Positions 41,072-50,746 of a stretch of DNA of 64,000 nucleotides are shown in pieces. This DNA is from Candidatus Poribacteria bacterium. GTDB taxonomy: Bacteria; Poribacteria; WGA-4E; WGA-3G. The translations under genes and the position numbers were made by a program. Numbering within the stretch: the stretch's first letter is position 1; each line of letters begins with the position of its first letter. Location: NCBI GenBank assembly GCA_965215265.1, contig OZ244048.1:4448001-4512000 (forward strand), in the 5' to 3' direction. Under the pieces are notes generated by a model, which searched no databases, was not told where the DNA came from, and worked only from the letters and a program-made list of their open reading frames with translations.

Positions 41072-41458
41072 TCACTGCTTGAGTTTAGCAAACTTCTTTC
41101 GTAGTGAGCGAAGGTCTAATCTATCCTGTGCTAACCCCCAGATAATCCCGAGTGCTGGACCTACCCATAAGAAACCTATTATTCCCGTGCGAGCGACAAG
41201 CACAAATCTGTCTGCCAGATCTTTGTTGTTGCCTTCATAGCTTTCAAGTTCCTGTGCGATGCTGTAGAATTCAAGTAGATCGCCATCCATTCGTTCATTT
41301 ATATAGTAACCTTCGAGAGTGTTGAGATTGTCTGTTTTAGTATAAAAGATAAAAGCGAGCATGATAAGCCATAGGTACCCCGCTAAAATGCCCAACAAAA
41401 CCCTAATAAAAAAAATTAGGAAAAACAAAGAAATAGATTTGAGTCTCTGTATGAACAT
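41072..41458 (-). CDS. 2-TM membrane protein
   Basis: Two hydrophobic helices around an acidic loop; basic tail. Confidence 0.7.
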   Translation of the reverse strand: MFIQRLKSISLFFLIFFIRVLLGILAGYLWLIMLAFIFYTKTDNLNTLEGYYINERMDGDLLEFYSIAQELESYEGNNKDLADRFVLVARTGIIGFLWVGPALGIIWGLAQDRLDLRSLRKKFAKLKQ

Positions 41459-41543
41459 AATTTTTAGATTTCAAAGAGAATTGAGAGGCGAGTCTCGGAG
41501 AGTTTTCCAGATTCTAAGTAGCCGTCGCCTCTCAGAAATTAGT

Positions 41544-41663
41544 TAACGTCTGCGGCAGATTTATATCCAGAGTTACTCCCAGAACCAGAGTTTCTGTTAT
41601 AGGCCTAAATAGATGTTCCGCCGAGGAGGCCAAGTAATAGAGCATAAGATAGTATGTGTTTCA
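41544..41663 (-). pseudogene. signal-peptide remnant of a paralog of the 43353 secreted protein
   Basis: (CTG)KHILSYALLLGLLGGTSI*AYNRNSGSG versus MKRILSYVLLLALFGGTSIWAYNN. Confidence 0.7.
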
Positions 41664-42413
41664 GGGTTTATTTCCTAAATCTAAAAAAGTGTAGGGGTCA
41701 ATACCCCCTTCTTCGTAAGAAACAATTTGAATGTCTGCCGGAATGTTCGCCTCGTTAAAATTGTCGCCTCTCGCTTCTATGATGCTTTCCGGACGATTAC
41801 AAGCCACCGGATCGCCCGCCATTTCGGAGATATATCTTTCGTCTGTCTCTTCATCCCATCTGATGTAGACTGTGTTGTCAATCGTCGGATATACCAAGCC
41901 GTCTTCCATTATGGCACCGAATGCATTTATCCCTTGGGCGATGAGTTTTATCTGGACTCGGATCATTAATTCATGATCCGGAGATTTTCGAGGCCATATA
42001 TCAGCAGGCCATCCTGCAGGCAATTCGGGATAGGGTCCAAAGCCATAGGGCGAGATGAGCGTCTCCGCCGTATCTTCTTCCGCGTCATCCGGTAAGAACG
42101 GCTCCGCGATGTCAAGGGTCTCGGGCTCGTTGGAGACCGCCTCAGGCTCATCGGACATCGGTGTGTCGGTGTTTTCCTCGGGCATGTCTACAAAACCGGG
42201 TGTCTCATCCGCTGCTGGAACGCTAACCGCTTGTGCAGGGGGCGTCTTGTTTTTATTCTCGAGTGCTTGCACGGTGCGTTTTATCGGTGACAGGTTCGCT
42301 GCCGTGGTGCGCCGGATGTGCCAACTATAAAGTTGAACGCCTCCAACAACCAGCACGAAGAAAAAGAGTCCGGCTTGAATAGCACGGCTTGACAGTAAAT
42401 CCCTCAACATCAT
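41661..42413 (-). CDS. SPYGFGPYPELP-family membrane-anchored protein (TM, acidic linker, globular C-domain)
   Basis: GAGG RBS; paralog of 43364-44110 and 40066-40821; ends GGIDPYTFLDL. Confidence 0.9.
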   Translation of the reverse strand: MMLRDLLSSRAIQAGLFFFVLVVGGVQLYSWHIRRTTAANLSPIKRTVQALENKNKTPPAQAVSVPAADETPGFVDMPEENTDTPMSDEPEAVSNEPETLDIAEPFLPDDAEEDTAETLISPYGFGPYPELPAGWPADIWPRKSPDHELMIRVQIKLIAQGINAFGAIMEDGLVYPTIDNTVYIRWDEETDERYISEMAGDPVACNRPESIIEARGDNFNEANIPADIQIVSYEEGGIDPYTFLDLGNKP

Positions 42414-42798
42414 ATCACCTCTCTCATATTAGCCCTCTGTTTGTGAGATTATAGAAATGTCATATTCGATTCAAATTAGGTTTCTCTACCTTTTCCCTCG
42501 CCATCTCCGACCCCGCCGATTAACCTTTACTGCTATGTTTTGAGTTTCCCCCAACGGGTCGCGAGTTGGTTTATCGGTTGAACAGAATAAATCTTGTTTG
42601 TCCATTCAAGTATTGGCACACCGTCCGGATACATTTCTAAAATTTCTGTTGTGTCAAACCCATCCAGAGACACGGCAAAATATTGACTTTGACACCTACA
42701 TCAGATATGTTGGGGAGAAGCCCCCAATATATCTGATGTAGATAGTCCCCTTGATGGGTCCCTAGAACAACGTAGATGGAGATGTCTGTGACAGAATT

Positions 42799-43353
42799 TT
42801 AATCCACTACAGCGACGGATTGATGTACATAGGACCCACCAGACGGGGAGCGGTATTGGTCAAGACTTGCAAGCCCGTCACATCCAGAATTGTCTAGTTT
42901 AGACTCGATGTCATCATAACTAAAGTTGAGCAGCTGGCTCTCATTGCCACCGCTGTACCTGACAACGTGTGTGTCTCTTATTTTACGATTCACGTACCGC
43001 CTCCATTCTCTGCCCTCATGGAGAGGATACCGATTATTCGCTGACGCAGAGATGGAGTAGTATCCTGATTTACTCCATCCCCAACCGGTATACACTTTAG
43101 CATAGCCTTCATATTCTATGCCGTACCTCCGGATGTACCAGGCTTCTCCTGGATAATCCACGTCGACTTGAGTCCAAGCAGTGGTTTTCAACGTGCCAGC
43201 TTCATCTTCAAACTTCCGTCTCCCGAACACCCCATGCTAAGGTTCTCCCACCATCTTTATGTTATCAACCTCATTCTTCACATTATTGTAAGCCCAGATA
43301 GATGTCCCACCGAACAAGGCTAACAGTAGGACATAAGACAGTATACGTTTCAT
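42799..43353 (-). pseudogene. secreted Tyr/Trp/Gly-rich protein interrupted by an in-frame TAG
   Basis: GGAGG RBS, signal peptide from ATG 43353, TAG at 43239-43237, then in frame with ORF 42799-43230. Confidence 0.85.
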
Positions 43354-43363
43354 AATTTCCCTC

Positions 43364-44110
43364 CTAAGGTAGGTCTAAAAATGTGTAGGGATCAATACCC
43401 CCTTCTTCATAGGAAAGCACTTTTATGTCTGATGGAATGTCCGCTTCGGTGAAACGGACTCCTCTCTCCTCTTCAATAGCTCGAATCCGATCGCAAGCAT
43501 CTGGACCGCCTGACATGTCGCTGATATATTTTCTACGGCCATTGTCAGCCCATTTGACATAGACAGTGCCTAAAATCATTGGGTATACCAAACCGTTCTC
43601 CATTATGGAGCCTATAACATCTACCCCTTGATGTGCCAGTTTTATCTCAACGCGTGCCATGAGTTCATGGTCTGCGGAGATGCATGGCCATGTCTCATCG
43701 ATGGGCCATCCTGCAGGTAATTCGGGATAGGGTCCAAAGCCATAGGGCGAGATGAGCGTCTCCGCCGTATCTTCTTGCACGTCATCCGGTAAGAACGGCT
43801 CCGCGATGTCAAGGGTCTCGGGCTCGTTGGAGACCGCCGCAGGCTCATCGGACATCGGTGTGTCGGTGTTTTCCTCGGGCGTGTCTACAAAACCGGGTGT
43901 CTCATTCGCTGCTGGAACGCTAACCGCTTGTGCAGGGGGCGTCTTGTTTTCATTCTCAAGCGTTTGCACGAGGCGTTTTATCGGTGCCAGTTTCGCTGCC
44001 GTGGTGCGTCTGACGTGCCAACTATAAAGTTGAACGCCTCCAACAACCAGCACGAAGAAAAAGAGTCCGGCTTGAATAGCACGGCTTGAAAACAAATCCC
44101 TCAACATCAT
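43364..44110 (-). CDS. SPYGFGPYPELP-family membrane-anchored protein
   Basis: Paralog; 5' half near-identical to the 42413 gene, 3' half near-identical to the 40066 gene. Confidence 0.9.
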   Translation of the reverse strand: MMLRDLFSSRAIQAGLFFFVLVVGGVQLYSWHVRRTTAAKLAPIKRLVQTLENENKTPPAQAVSVPAANETPGFVDTPEENTDTPMSDEPAAVSNEPETLDIAEPFLPDDVQEDTAETLISPYGFGPYPELPAGWPIDETWPCISADHELMARVEIKLAHQGVDVIGSIMENGLVYPMILGTVYVKWADNGRRKYISDMSGGPDACDRIRAIEEERGVRFTEADIPSDIKVLSYEEGGIDPYTFLDLP

Positions 44111-44390
44111 ATCACCTCTCTCATATTAGCCCTCTGTTTGTGAGATTATAGAAATGTCATATTTGACTTCAAATCTCTATGGATGAAACAGAAAAATCAA
44201 TCCATACCATCCAGCCGGAAACCGCCTGTCCTTTCTCGCGTAGGCAAGAAAGAGCGGACATTTCGTACAAGGGAGTAATCTCCCCATCCCGATACGAGCG
44301 GTGAACCCACTGGTGCAAAATTGAAGTTTCTCTCTTCTCAATTCGCAGGAGATGTAAGAAGTATAACCGCTCTCCTACATTAAATTCAAC

Positions 44391-44731
44391 TAAAAACAAC
44401 AATTCTCGTCTATCTTCTTGTTTTGCGTTCAAAACAGAAGAATATCCGAGGCAACTTAGGGCGCGTAAGGAGTTCTCGTTATCTTGTATTGTATTAGCGA
44501 GATGTCGTTGTTTCCAAATCTCATCACACGCGCCGTTGCTGATTCAATAATATGCAAGCTCTATGCCAATTCGCCTTACGATTCTGGGGACATCGCGAAC
44601 GCACCTCAATTCGGTGCGTTGGGACATCTTAAAAACCTTAGGGCCACGCAGGTTTAGACGAGATGGAGGCATCGCTAGCTGCCGTTGAAGGTTTAGAAGT
44701 GAAATCGGGCCGTTGGACGGATAAAAATGGA
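44391..44731 (-). repeat. leader repeat copy A with intact sigma54 promoter
   Basis: Near-identical to about 51232-51569; TTGGCATAGAGCTTGCA at 44569-44553. Confidence 0.9.
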
Positions 44732-44791
44732 TGCAAAGATAAGCATCATTAGAGGGAAACTGGCCATCACGGATGGGGGTTTCTACACGCG

Positions 44792-45394
44792 TTATTGGAT
44801 TGGCGGAGACTTCTTGATTGCTTTTATCTCTTCTAATCCTTTGCGGTTCGCTTCACTCGGATAGAAAAAGTATAACAATTCATGCAGAACGATCGCTTCA
44901 TCTAGAAGGATACCTTCCTCTTCTTGAGATCTATGATATAAATCAATGAATTGCTCAATTTCTGGAATCTCACCATGTTTTTCTATTAGTCCCTTTCTTA
45001 TAGCCTCTTTATTGGAGGCAGTTGTCGGAGGAAGCTCCCAGGCAGGGACGGCTGGAACCGTGTTTATCTCTTCATCCTTTGTCCACACAGGCTCCTTATC
45101 CGCTGTTAAGGCGGAGGACAATGGGGTGTCGTTGTCTGTCTCTATAGACGGTGTGTCTGTTTCCGCGGTTGATGTCCTATTCGGAGGAGGGTGTGGGGGT
45201 TCACTGATATCTTCATCATCTTCTATAAAGGCAGCATCGGGTTTTTCTGTTGTCCGCTCCTTTACAAGCGGGGTTTGCTCCTTTACAGGGACTATGGGTA
45301 AACTCTTCTCAAAATGTTTATTATCAATATGAATATAGATAGCAAAGGCACTACATAAGAGAATAATAAAAACACAAAGTAAAATGACTCGCAT
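44792..45394 (-). CDS. membrane-anchored protein (TM, acidic Pro/Thr linker, helical C-domain)
   Basis: AAGG RBS; N-terminal hydrophobic helix; LIEKHGEIPEI...FYPSEANRK domain. Confidence 0.85.
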   Translation of the reverse strand: MRVILLCVFIILLCSAFAIYIHIDNKHFEKSLPIVPVKEQTPLVKERTTEKPDAAFIEDDEDISEPPHPPPNRTSTAETDTPSIETDNDTPLSSALTADKEPVWTKDEEINTVPAVPAWELPPTTASNKEAIRKGLIEKHGEIPEIEQFIDLYHRSQEEEGILLDEAIVLHELLYFFYPSEANRKGLEEIKAIKKSPPIQ

Positions 45395-45568
45395 AGGATG
45401 TTTTCCTTGTAAAGCATTAATGCTCGAGGGTCAGGTAAGACACCTTGCAGAGTATCTTACCTGATCTGTTGAGGGTGATAAAATACCATCCTTGTAAAAA
45501 AACAGAGGTTGGTTGTCTGAATCGTCATCCATAGATTGTTACCAGTTCTTTTCACGCGCCTTGGGGTA

Positions 45569-45868
45569 TTAGCCCCACTGGCCCCCGCCATTACACATGG
45601 CACTATTAAATTCGTGGTAGACTACTGTCGTGTATTTAATGTCTGTACTACCATTCGCATGCCACCAATGGGTCGTCGTTGAGTTGTGAGAACCCAGATA
45701 TTGTATGTAACAGACATTGCTACTCTCATTATTACCTACATGATGCTCTTTATAATAGGTTCTAATCCGAATATGATACGTCTCCGCTTCCGCCTCCTTG
45801 ATGTTTACGATAGATGCGAATGGGATTGCGAATAAAACGATTATTAAAATGACAAAAATGCGTTTCAT
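45569..45868 (-). CDS. small secreted His/Tyr-rich protein with two Cys
   Basis: AAGGAG RBS, signal peptide ending AEA, about 71-aa mature part. Confidence 0.85.
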   Translation of the reverse strand: MKRIFVILIIVLFAIPFASIVNIKEAEAETYHIRIRTYYKEHHVGNNESSNVCYIQYLGSHNSTTTHWWHANGSTDIKYTTVVYHEFNSAMCNGGGQWG

Positions 45869-45927
45869 CCTTAAATTCTCCTTTTTATTCCTTGGTTTTC
45901 TCTAATATCAATTTGTAGGAGATGCAA

Positions 45928-46195
45928 ATGATATTATCATATCCCCTACATGAAAGTCAATTAAAAACAACAATTCTCGTCTATCTTCTTGTTTTGCGTT
46001 CAAAACAGAAAAATATCCGAGCCAACCTAGCGCGCGTCAGGAGTTCTCGTTATCTTATATTGTACTAGCGAGATGTCGTTGTTTCCAAATCTCATCACAC
46101 GCGCCGTTGCTAATTGAATAATGTGCAATATCTATGACAATTCACCGCACTATAAAGTAGACATCGAAAACGCGTGGGCACCGCAGGGCAAACCA
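45928..46195 (-). repeat. leader repeat copy B (sigma54 site mutated, sigma70-like promoter present)
   Basis: Matches 51198-51410 and 39824-39936; TTGTCATAGATATTGCA at 46140-46124; TTGACT...TGATAATAT at 45960-45931. Confidence 0.9.
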
Positions 46196-46353
46196 AATTC
46201 CCAATGGCTTAGTTCTCTTGATTATACAGCCTTGAAGCCTCGGCGGTGCCACGTGGATTTAGCAGGAATGGGTAGGCGTGTCTTTTACGGGTTTGGCGAT
46301 GACCTCAAATGTGAAAAGTGTGCGAGTGAAGGTGAGAGGGTTTGCGAGCATGT

Positions 46354-48498
46354 TTATTGCCGTTGTAACTCCTTGTCTATTTCAGGGAAGCCTGTTTTGA
46401 GGTATTTTGGATGGCTTTCGATGTCCGGCGGGTAGTGTATCTCCCATATCTTCACGTCCGATTCCGCAAAATTACGGGACGGGTAAACTGGGACAAACGC
46501 ATCGCTCAATTGCTGCCGCAGAACCGAGTCCCTTGAATCCTTTTTTGTTAGCAGCACGTGTGTTGCACCGTGTGTTTTTAGGAATTCAAGCACTTCTCGC
46601 TCTTCCTGTGCATTGTGGACATGCTGGTTATAGAGATATATCCAATGCTGGAGGTAGGTGTCCTGGTCTATGATGGTTTTGACACCTGCGATGACGTTGA
46701 GTTGGCTACCATACGCCCAATGTGCGGCGACAATAGGGAGGTCTTTCTCCATCACTTTCCGCACGAGAAACGTCTTCATCCAGAGGAACGCCGCGTTGAC
46801 TCGTGTGTATCCGGGTATCGGTTTACGCATCTGTTTTGCTGCATAGAGTGAACGATAGGTGTGTGCATGTTGCAGTGGCAGGAACATCAGCAGGATGGAG
46901 AGTATCGTGGCGGTTCCTGTTTTTAGAACAATCGGTTTGAAGGTTTCCCGAAACTTATCTGTGACATACACAGAATGCCAGAGCCGTTCACTGAGCGTCT
47001 CTCCGATGCAATGAATCAACGCCGCGGCCCCAAACGCAAGGGCAACACCGATAAAGAAGTCATAGCGTTTCGCGTCACGGGAGAGTGACACCCAAACAAG
47101 AAACCAGACAGTGAAAGCAATGAAAATGATTTCTGATGAGTTGAGCTTGTTTTTACATTGCCATGCGACAAACAGGAGTGCGATGACACATCCACCCATC
47201 GCAACGCAAAAAAGGGCGTTGCCAAAAGGTTCGCCCCAGAGTTTATCTAACGGTTGCCGAAAAAAGGAAAAGGCTGTAAAGAGTGCCATCGGTATAGAGA
47301 AGATAAGCCCCAGTTTTTTCCACAGAAGCAGGGGGATAATGACGAATCCGAGACTTCCGAAAATAAAGACGGTGCCGTAGCGGGCGACCCAATACCTGAA
47401 ATGTGGTGCCCTGAGCTCTGTCATCTTTTGCATAAGTGCGTTTTGGCTCAAGGAGACGGTGGTATCGGCGAAGGTGCTGTGTTGTATGTAAATATAACTG
47501 AGTGCGAGGCTGATGCTTCCAAGTGTTAATCCAAGTGCGAGGGTGCGGGCGTGTGGGAGAAAGAAGTCTACTTTTGACAGGATCAGGTGCCGGAGTGCAC
47601 GCATCCCTAATAAAATAAGTGGGGATACAAGCACAAAAACAGCGAGGTGCTCGGAAAAGCCATATCCGCTCCGATAGGCAGGGGAAGCGAAGTAGAGCGT
47701 TGGGACAAAGCTCAACACCCAAAGCAGGTAGTGCCCTAAGCCCGCCTCTGTTTCGGAAGCGAGAAACCGCCAGAGTTCAACACAAAGCATGATGCTGAGG
47801 AATACGCCAAAACCTTCCCAAGAGATACCACCGAGGAAGACAGTAAAACCACTGGCGAGTGTCCACAATAGCTTGTGGTGAGGACGCTCAGTGCATACAG
47901 ACATCAGATAAATTATGAGAGCGAGAATGCCAATCATCAGACAAAATGCGTCTCTATCTCCGAATCCGGCGGTACTGCGTTCAATGCTGCCAGGGAGCGT
48001 TGCCAAAAGCACCCCTGCGACGCTGGAAAAGAGAAATCCGTAGGCGTAGTAAAGAAACAGGCAGAGTGCACCGAGGCCGACGCAAAAGCAGACAACAGGC
48101 ATGTAGAGGGCAACGTGATAAAGTGTGACGTTGGGAAACCCCGGGGCAATGGCTTTATGGGTGTAAGCGAGGACGTAACCGTAGAGGTTTAGCGTCTGGC
48201 CTAAATCTCTACCGAGGGGTAGCCATCGGTGCATATCCCGTTCGGGGAGCCGCCCGTGTTCGGAGACAAGTTGTGCCTGCCAATAGTAGAAATAGGCATC
48301 GGTTTCGGTGAATTGCCCGGGAGGGAATTGTTCTACGCCTTGGATGCGTATCCAGAACGCGAGCAGCACAACGCAGAGGAAAAACGCAGCCAAGCTTATG
48401 TTAAGGAGTGACGGAGTGTTTTTGGATGAAACTTTCAAGTTGTGTGGCAATCTCCAGGTCTGATTGTTTGATCCGGCGGAGTCCCTCTTCGAGTCCAT
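46354..48498 (-). CDS. STT3/PglB/AglB-like GT-C glycosyltransferase
   Basis: About 13 TM segments; TDAYFY (DPYY-like), RWLPLGRD, RSTAGFGDRD (DxD), KMTE (TIxE-like), soluble domain VAAHWAYGSQL (WWDYG position). Confidence 0.85.
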   Translation of the reverse strand: MDSKRDSAGSNNQTWRLPHNLKVSSKNTPSLLNISLAAFFLCVVLLAFWIRIQGVEQFPPGQFTETDAYFYYWQAQLVSEHGRLPERDMHRWLPLGRDLGQTLNLYGYVLAYTHKAIAPGFPNVTLYHVALYMPVVCFCVGLGALCLFLYYAYGFLFSSVAGVLLATLPGSIERSTAGFGDRDAFCLMIGILALIIYLMSVCTERPHHKLLWTLASGFTVFLGGISWEGFGVFLSIMLCVELWRFLASETEAGLGHYLLWVLSFVPTLYFASPAYRSGYGFSEHLAVFVLVSPLILLGMRALRHLILSKVDFFLPHARTLALGLTLGSISLALSYIYIQHSTFADTTVSLSQNALMQKMTELRAPHFRYWVARYGTVFIFGSLGFVIIPLLLWKKLGLIFSIPMALFTAFSFFRQPLDKLWGEPFGNALFCVAMGGCVIALLFVAWQCKNKLNSSEIIFIAFTVWFLVWVSLSRDAKRYDFFIGVALAFGAAALIHCIGETLSERLWHSVYVTDKFRETFKPIVLKTGTATILSILLMFLPLQHAHTYRSLYAAKQMRKPIPGYTRVNAAFLWMKTFLVRKVMEKDLPIVAAHWAYGSQLNVIAGVKTIIDQDTYLQHWIYLYNQHVHNAQEEREVLEFLKTHGATHVLLTKKDSRDSVLRQQLSDAFVPVYPSRNFAESDVKIWEIHYPPDIESHPKYLKTGFPEIDKELQRQ

Positions 48499-48809
48499 AT
48501 TGCTTTATCAGTTCAGCGGGTTTTCGGTACGCAGTCGCCTGTTTTTGCAGTTTTTCGTGACGTTGTCGAAATGCCGCCAACTCTTGGGGGGATCTCTCGG
48601 CGCAGTACCCGCAGTTTTTCGAGGCTGTCTTTGCGGGGGAGTGTCTGTCTGCACGAAGTCCGAACACAGCCGGTGCCGGTGCGATGACAGCCGTTGACGT
48701 GCGGTGTGTGCATTGGAAGTGTACCGGTGGCATAACTGACAAAGATTGCGATGATGCTGCCGAGTGCAGCGTGGCGATACTGTATAAAAAATGCGTGTCT
48801 TTCATTCAA
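48401..48809 (-). pseudogene. frameshifted small protein with CGxCAER motif
   Basis: AAGGA RBS and hydrophobic N-terminus in the 48809 frame; KNCGYCAER...LIKQYGLEEGLRRI helical C-terminus in the 48805 frame. Confidence 0.55.
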
Positions 48810-48818
48810 AATTCCTTC

Positions 48819-49433
48819 TTAATCGGGCGGTGTATAGCCGTATTCGGCAAGTCGATCTAAAAAGGTTTTCCAGGCCTGGTCTAGAAGTTCAGGATTTTCG
48901 GTGACGATGGTTTGAAGTTCAGGAGGGAAGGAACTCTCCAAATTTCTATAAACTTGGTTTAGAAAAACCTTTCGTTTGGCCTCCTCAGCAAGTTTGCGGG
49001 TTGCCTCCGCATCAGATTCTTGCTCAGAAGATGTCGGAGAATCTGATGTACTTTGAGTTGTTGATGTGGAGGTTTCATTTTTTTGGGTGGAGTTGCTAAC
49101 CTCCTCAATGAAAGATCCCCTTGTCGATATCGGGGTTGTAGGAGTTTCAGAACCTGAATCTGCATTCGTAATTACCACGGTGCTTCCGGCGGTAAACCTC
49201 TTTTCTTCCACCGTGCCAGCTAGCGGCAGCGATACAGTTCCCTTATATACCTTTATCGGTTCTGTGGATTTCAGCTGAATGAGTCTAGGATAACGGCTTA
49301 AAATCACAGAGAAAGAAAGGGGAAGAAGAGAGATGTCTAACAAAATGCAAAAGTGTAGAGGTATCCGTTTTATCCGTATCCTGAACGGCGCGAGTTCGGA
49401 CTCTGGGCGATCCCGTAATTTACGTAAATCTAT
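48819..49433 (-). pseudogene. membrane-anchored protein, paralog of 49938-50654, start codon apparently ATG->ATA
   Basis: AAGGAG then ATA in frame; PIKVYK motif; C-terminus PPELQTIVTENPELLDQAWKTFLDRLAEYGYTPP. Confidence 0.7.
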
Positions 49434-49508
49434 TTTTCTCCTTTGTAGAAGGGCAGCGAGACGTATCAGTCTGTCTCACCGCCCTCACAAAAAAACTAAA
49501 GAAAGTCA

Positions 49509-49920
49509 TTAACTACAACCACCGCTGTCGGCCCCATCGTCAAGGTGTTCCTCTAAACAGTCATTATAAGTGCACAATTTGTTCAAATATGTGGTTCCGG
49601 CAATGGCTAAATTGATTGTGGCGGCGGTAAAAGCTGCGGCTGCTATGGCTATAGCTTTTGGATTAAACGATTTTTATCGCCGCCGCGAGTATGGCTTCTG
49701 CCGTTATATAGGCTATTATTGCTGTGGCGTAACTTCCAGAAGCCTCTACCATCGCCTCATATTCGGATAGACAAATCTGCCCGTCCTCGTTTTCACAATC
49801 CGCTTCAATTAGAGTCGTGGCGGCGGTAAAAAACATGATACATAACACGAAAAAACTTATCGTGCTGAGTAGGTTTGAATTCACCTTTGGCAATTGTATG
49901 GGCCTAAAGCCACAAGTTAA
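49509..49920 (-). pseudogene. secreted Ala-rich helical-hairpin protein, frameshifted paralog of 50747-51166
   Basis: RPIQLPKVNSNLL leader; removing one base of the run at 49671-49675 restores ...KSFNPKAIAIAAAAFTAA...YNDCLEEHLDDGADSGGCS*; no ATG. Confidence 0.8.
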
Positions 49921-49937
49921 TGGACCTTTCTCGGAAT

Positions 49938-50654
49938 TTACCGTGGAGGTTTATATCCTTGCTCAACGAGTAACTGTAAAAAGATTTTCCACCCTTGTTC
50001 GACAAGTTCAGGATTTTGGTTAACGTGCTCTTGAAGTCCGGGCGGTGCTTGACTAACCATTCTGTCTTTTGTCTCTCTCAAGAACGCACGTTGTTCTTGC
50101 GGAGAAAGCGTGTTTAAATGCTCCAAAATGTAAGGAACGACTTCAGCTATTGCAGCTTTAGCCTCTTCTTGTATCTCAACACTTTCTGCTAAAGCCTCGT
50201 CAATTTCCGCATTCCACGCTTCCAAAGCTGCCCGTTCAGCACCCCTTCTTTCGTTTGCAACTTCATCATCCGTGTTTGCAGCTTCATCGTCCGCGTTTAC
50301 AGATTCGTTTGGAATTGTTGGTGTCCTTTCACTATCCGTTTCTCGCGATTCCTGATTTAAAGGCATTTCTACGTCTTCTGTTTCTCGCGATTCCTGATTT
50401 AAAGGCATTTCTACGTCTTCTGTTTCGATGAGAACCTCTTCACTTGAATTTACCGATGTTTCCTCATCCACATTCGGCGGGGATTTTTGAATTATCTTAT
50501 ACACCTTTCTCGGAGCCCTTGTTTGGTTTCTCTTTTCGAGATGACCTTGAATGAAAATCCAACTCATTGTGATTAACATAACGGGAGTTAGAATTATGAA
50601 TACAGGTCTCCATTTTTTTTTAATTCTTTTTTCGTATTCCTGACTAGTCTCCAT
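49938..50654 (-). CDS. membrane-anchored acidic protein
   Basis: AAAGGA RBS; TM, PRKVYK, acidic linker with a 14-aa duplication, PPGLQEHVNQNPELVEQGWKIF. Confidence 0.88.
   Translation of the reverse strand: METSQEYEKRIKKKWRPVFIILTPVMLITMSWIFIQGHLEKRNQTRAPRKVYKIIQKSPPNVDEETSVNSSEEVLIETEDVEMPLNQESRETEDVEMPLNQESRETDSERTPTIPNESVNADDEAANTDDEVANERRGAERAALEAWNAEIDEALAESVEIQEEAKAAIAEVVPYILEHLNTLSPQEQRAFLRETKDRMVSQAPPGLQEHVNQNPELVEQGWKIFLQLLVEQGYKPPR
50338..50426. repeat. 42-bp in-frame tandem duplication
   Basis: ETEDVEMPLNQESR twice. Confidence 0.9.
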
Positions 50655-50746
50655 GCTTATGATTCCTTTCTAAATTTTAGGTTGAACGTATTCTCTCTAC
50701 CTAGAGTAGAGAGAATACTCTAGATGGTTTTCTAGCGTGAGGGTTG

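Noticed and set aside
44169-44432. 87-aa ORF (also 46121-46435 and 51476-51948 ORFs)
   Set aside because: They start in or overlap the non-coding leader repeat or promoter region, with no RBS or motif support.
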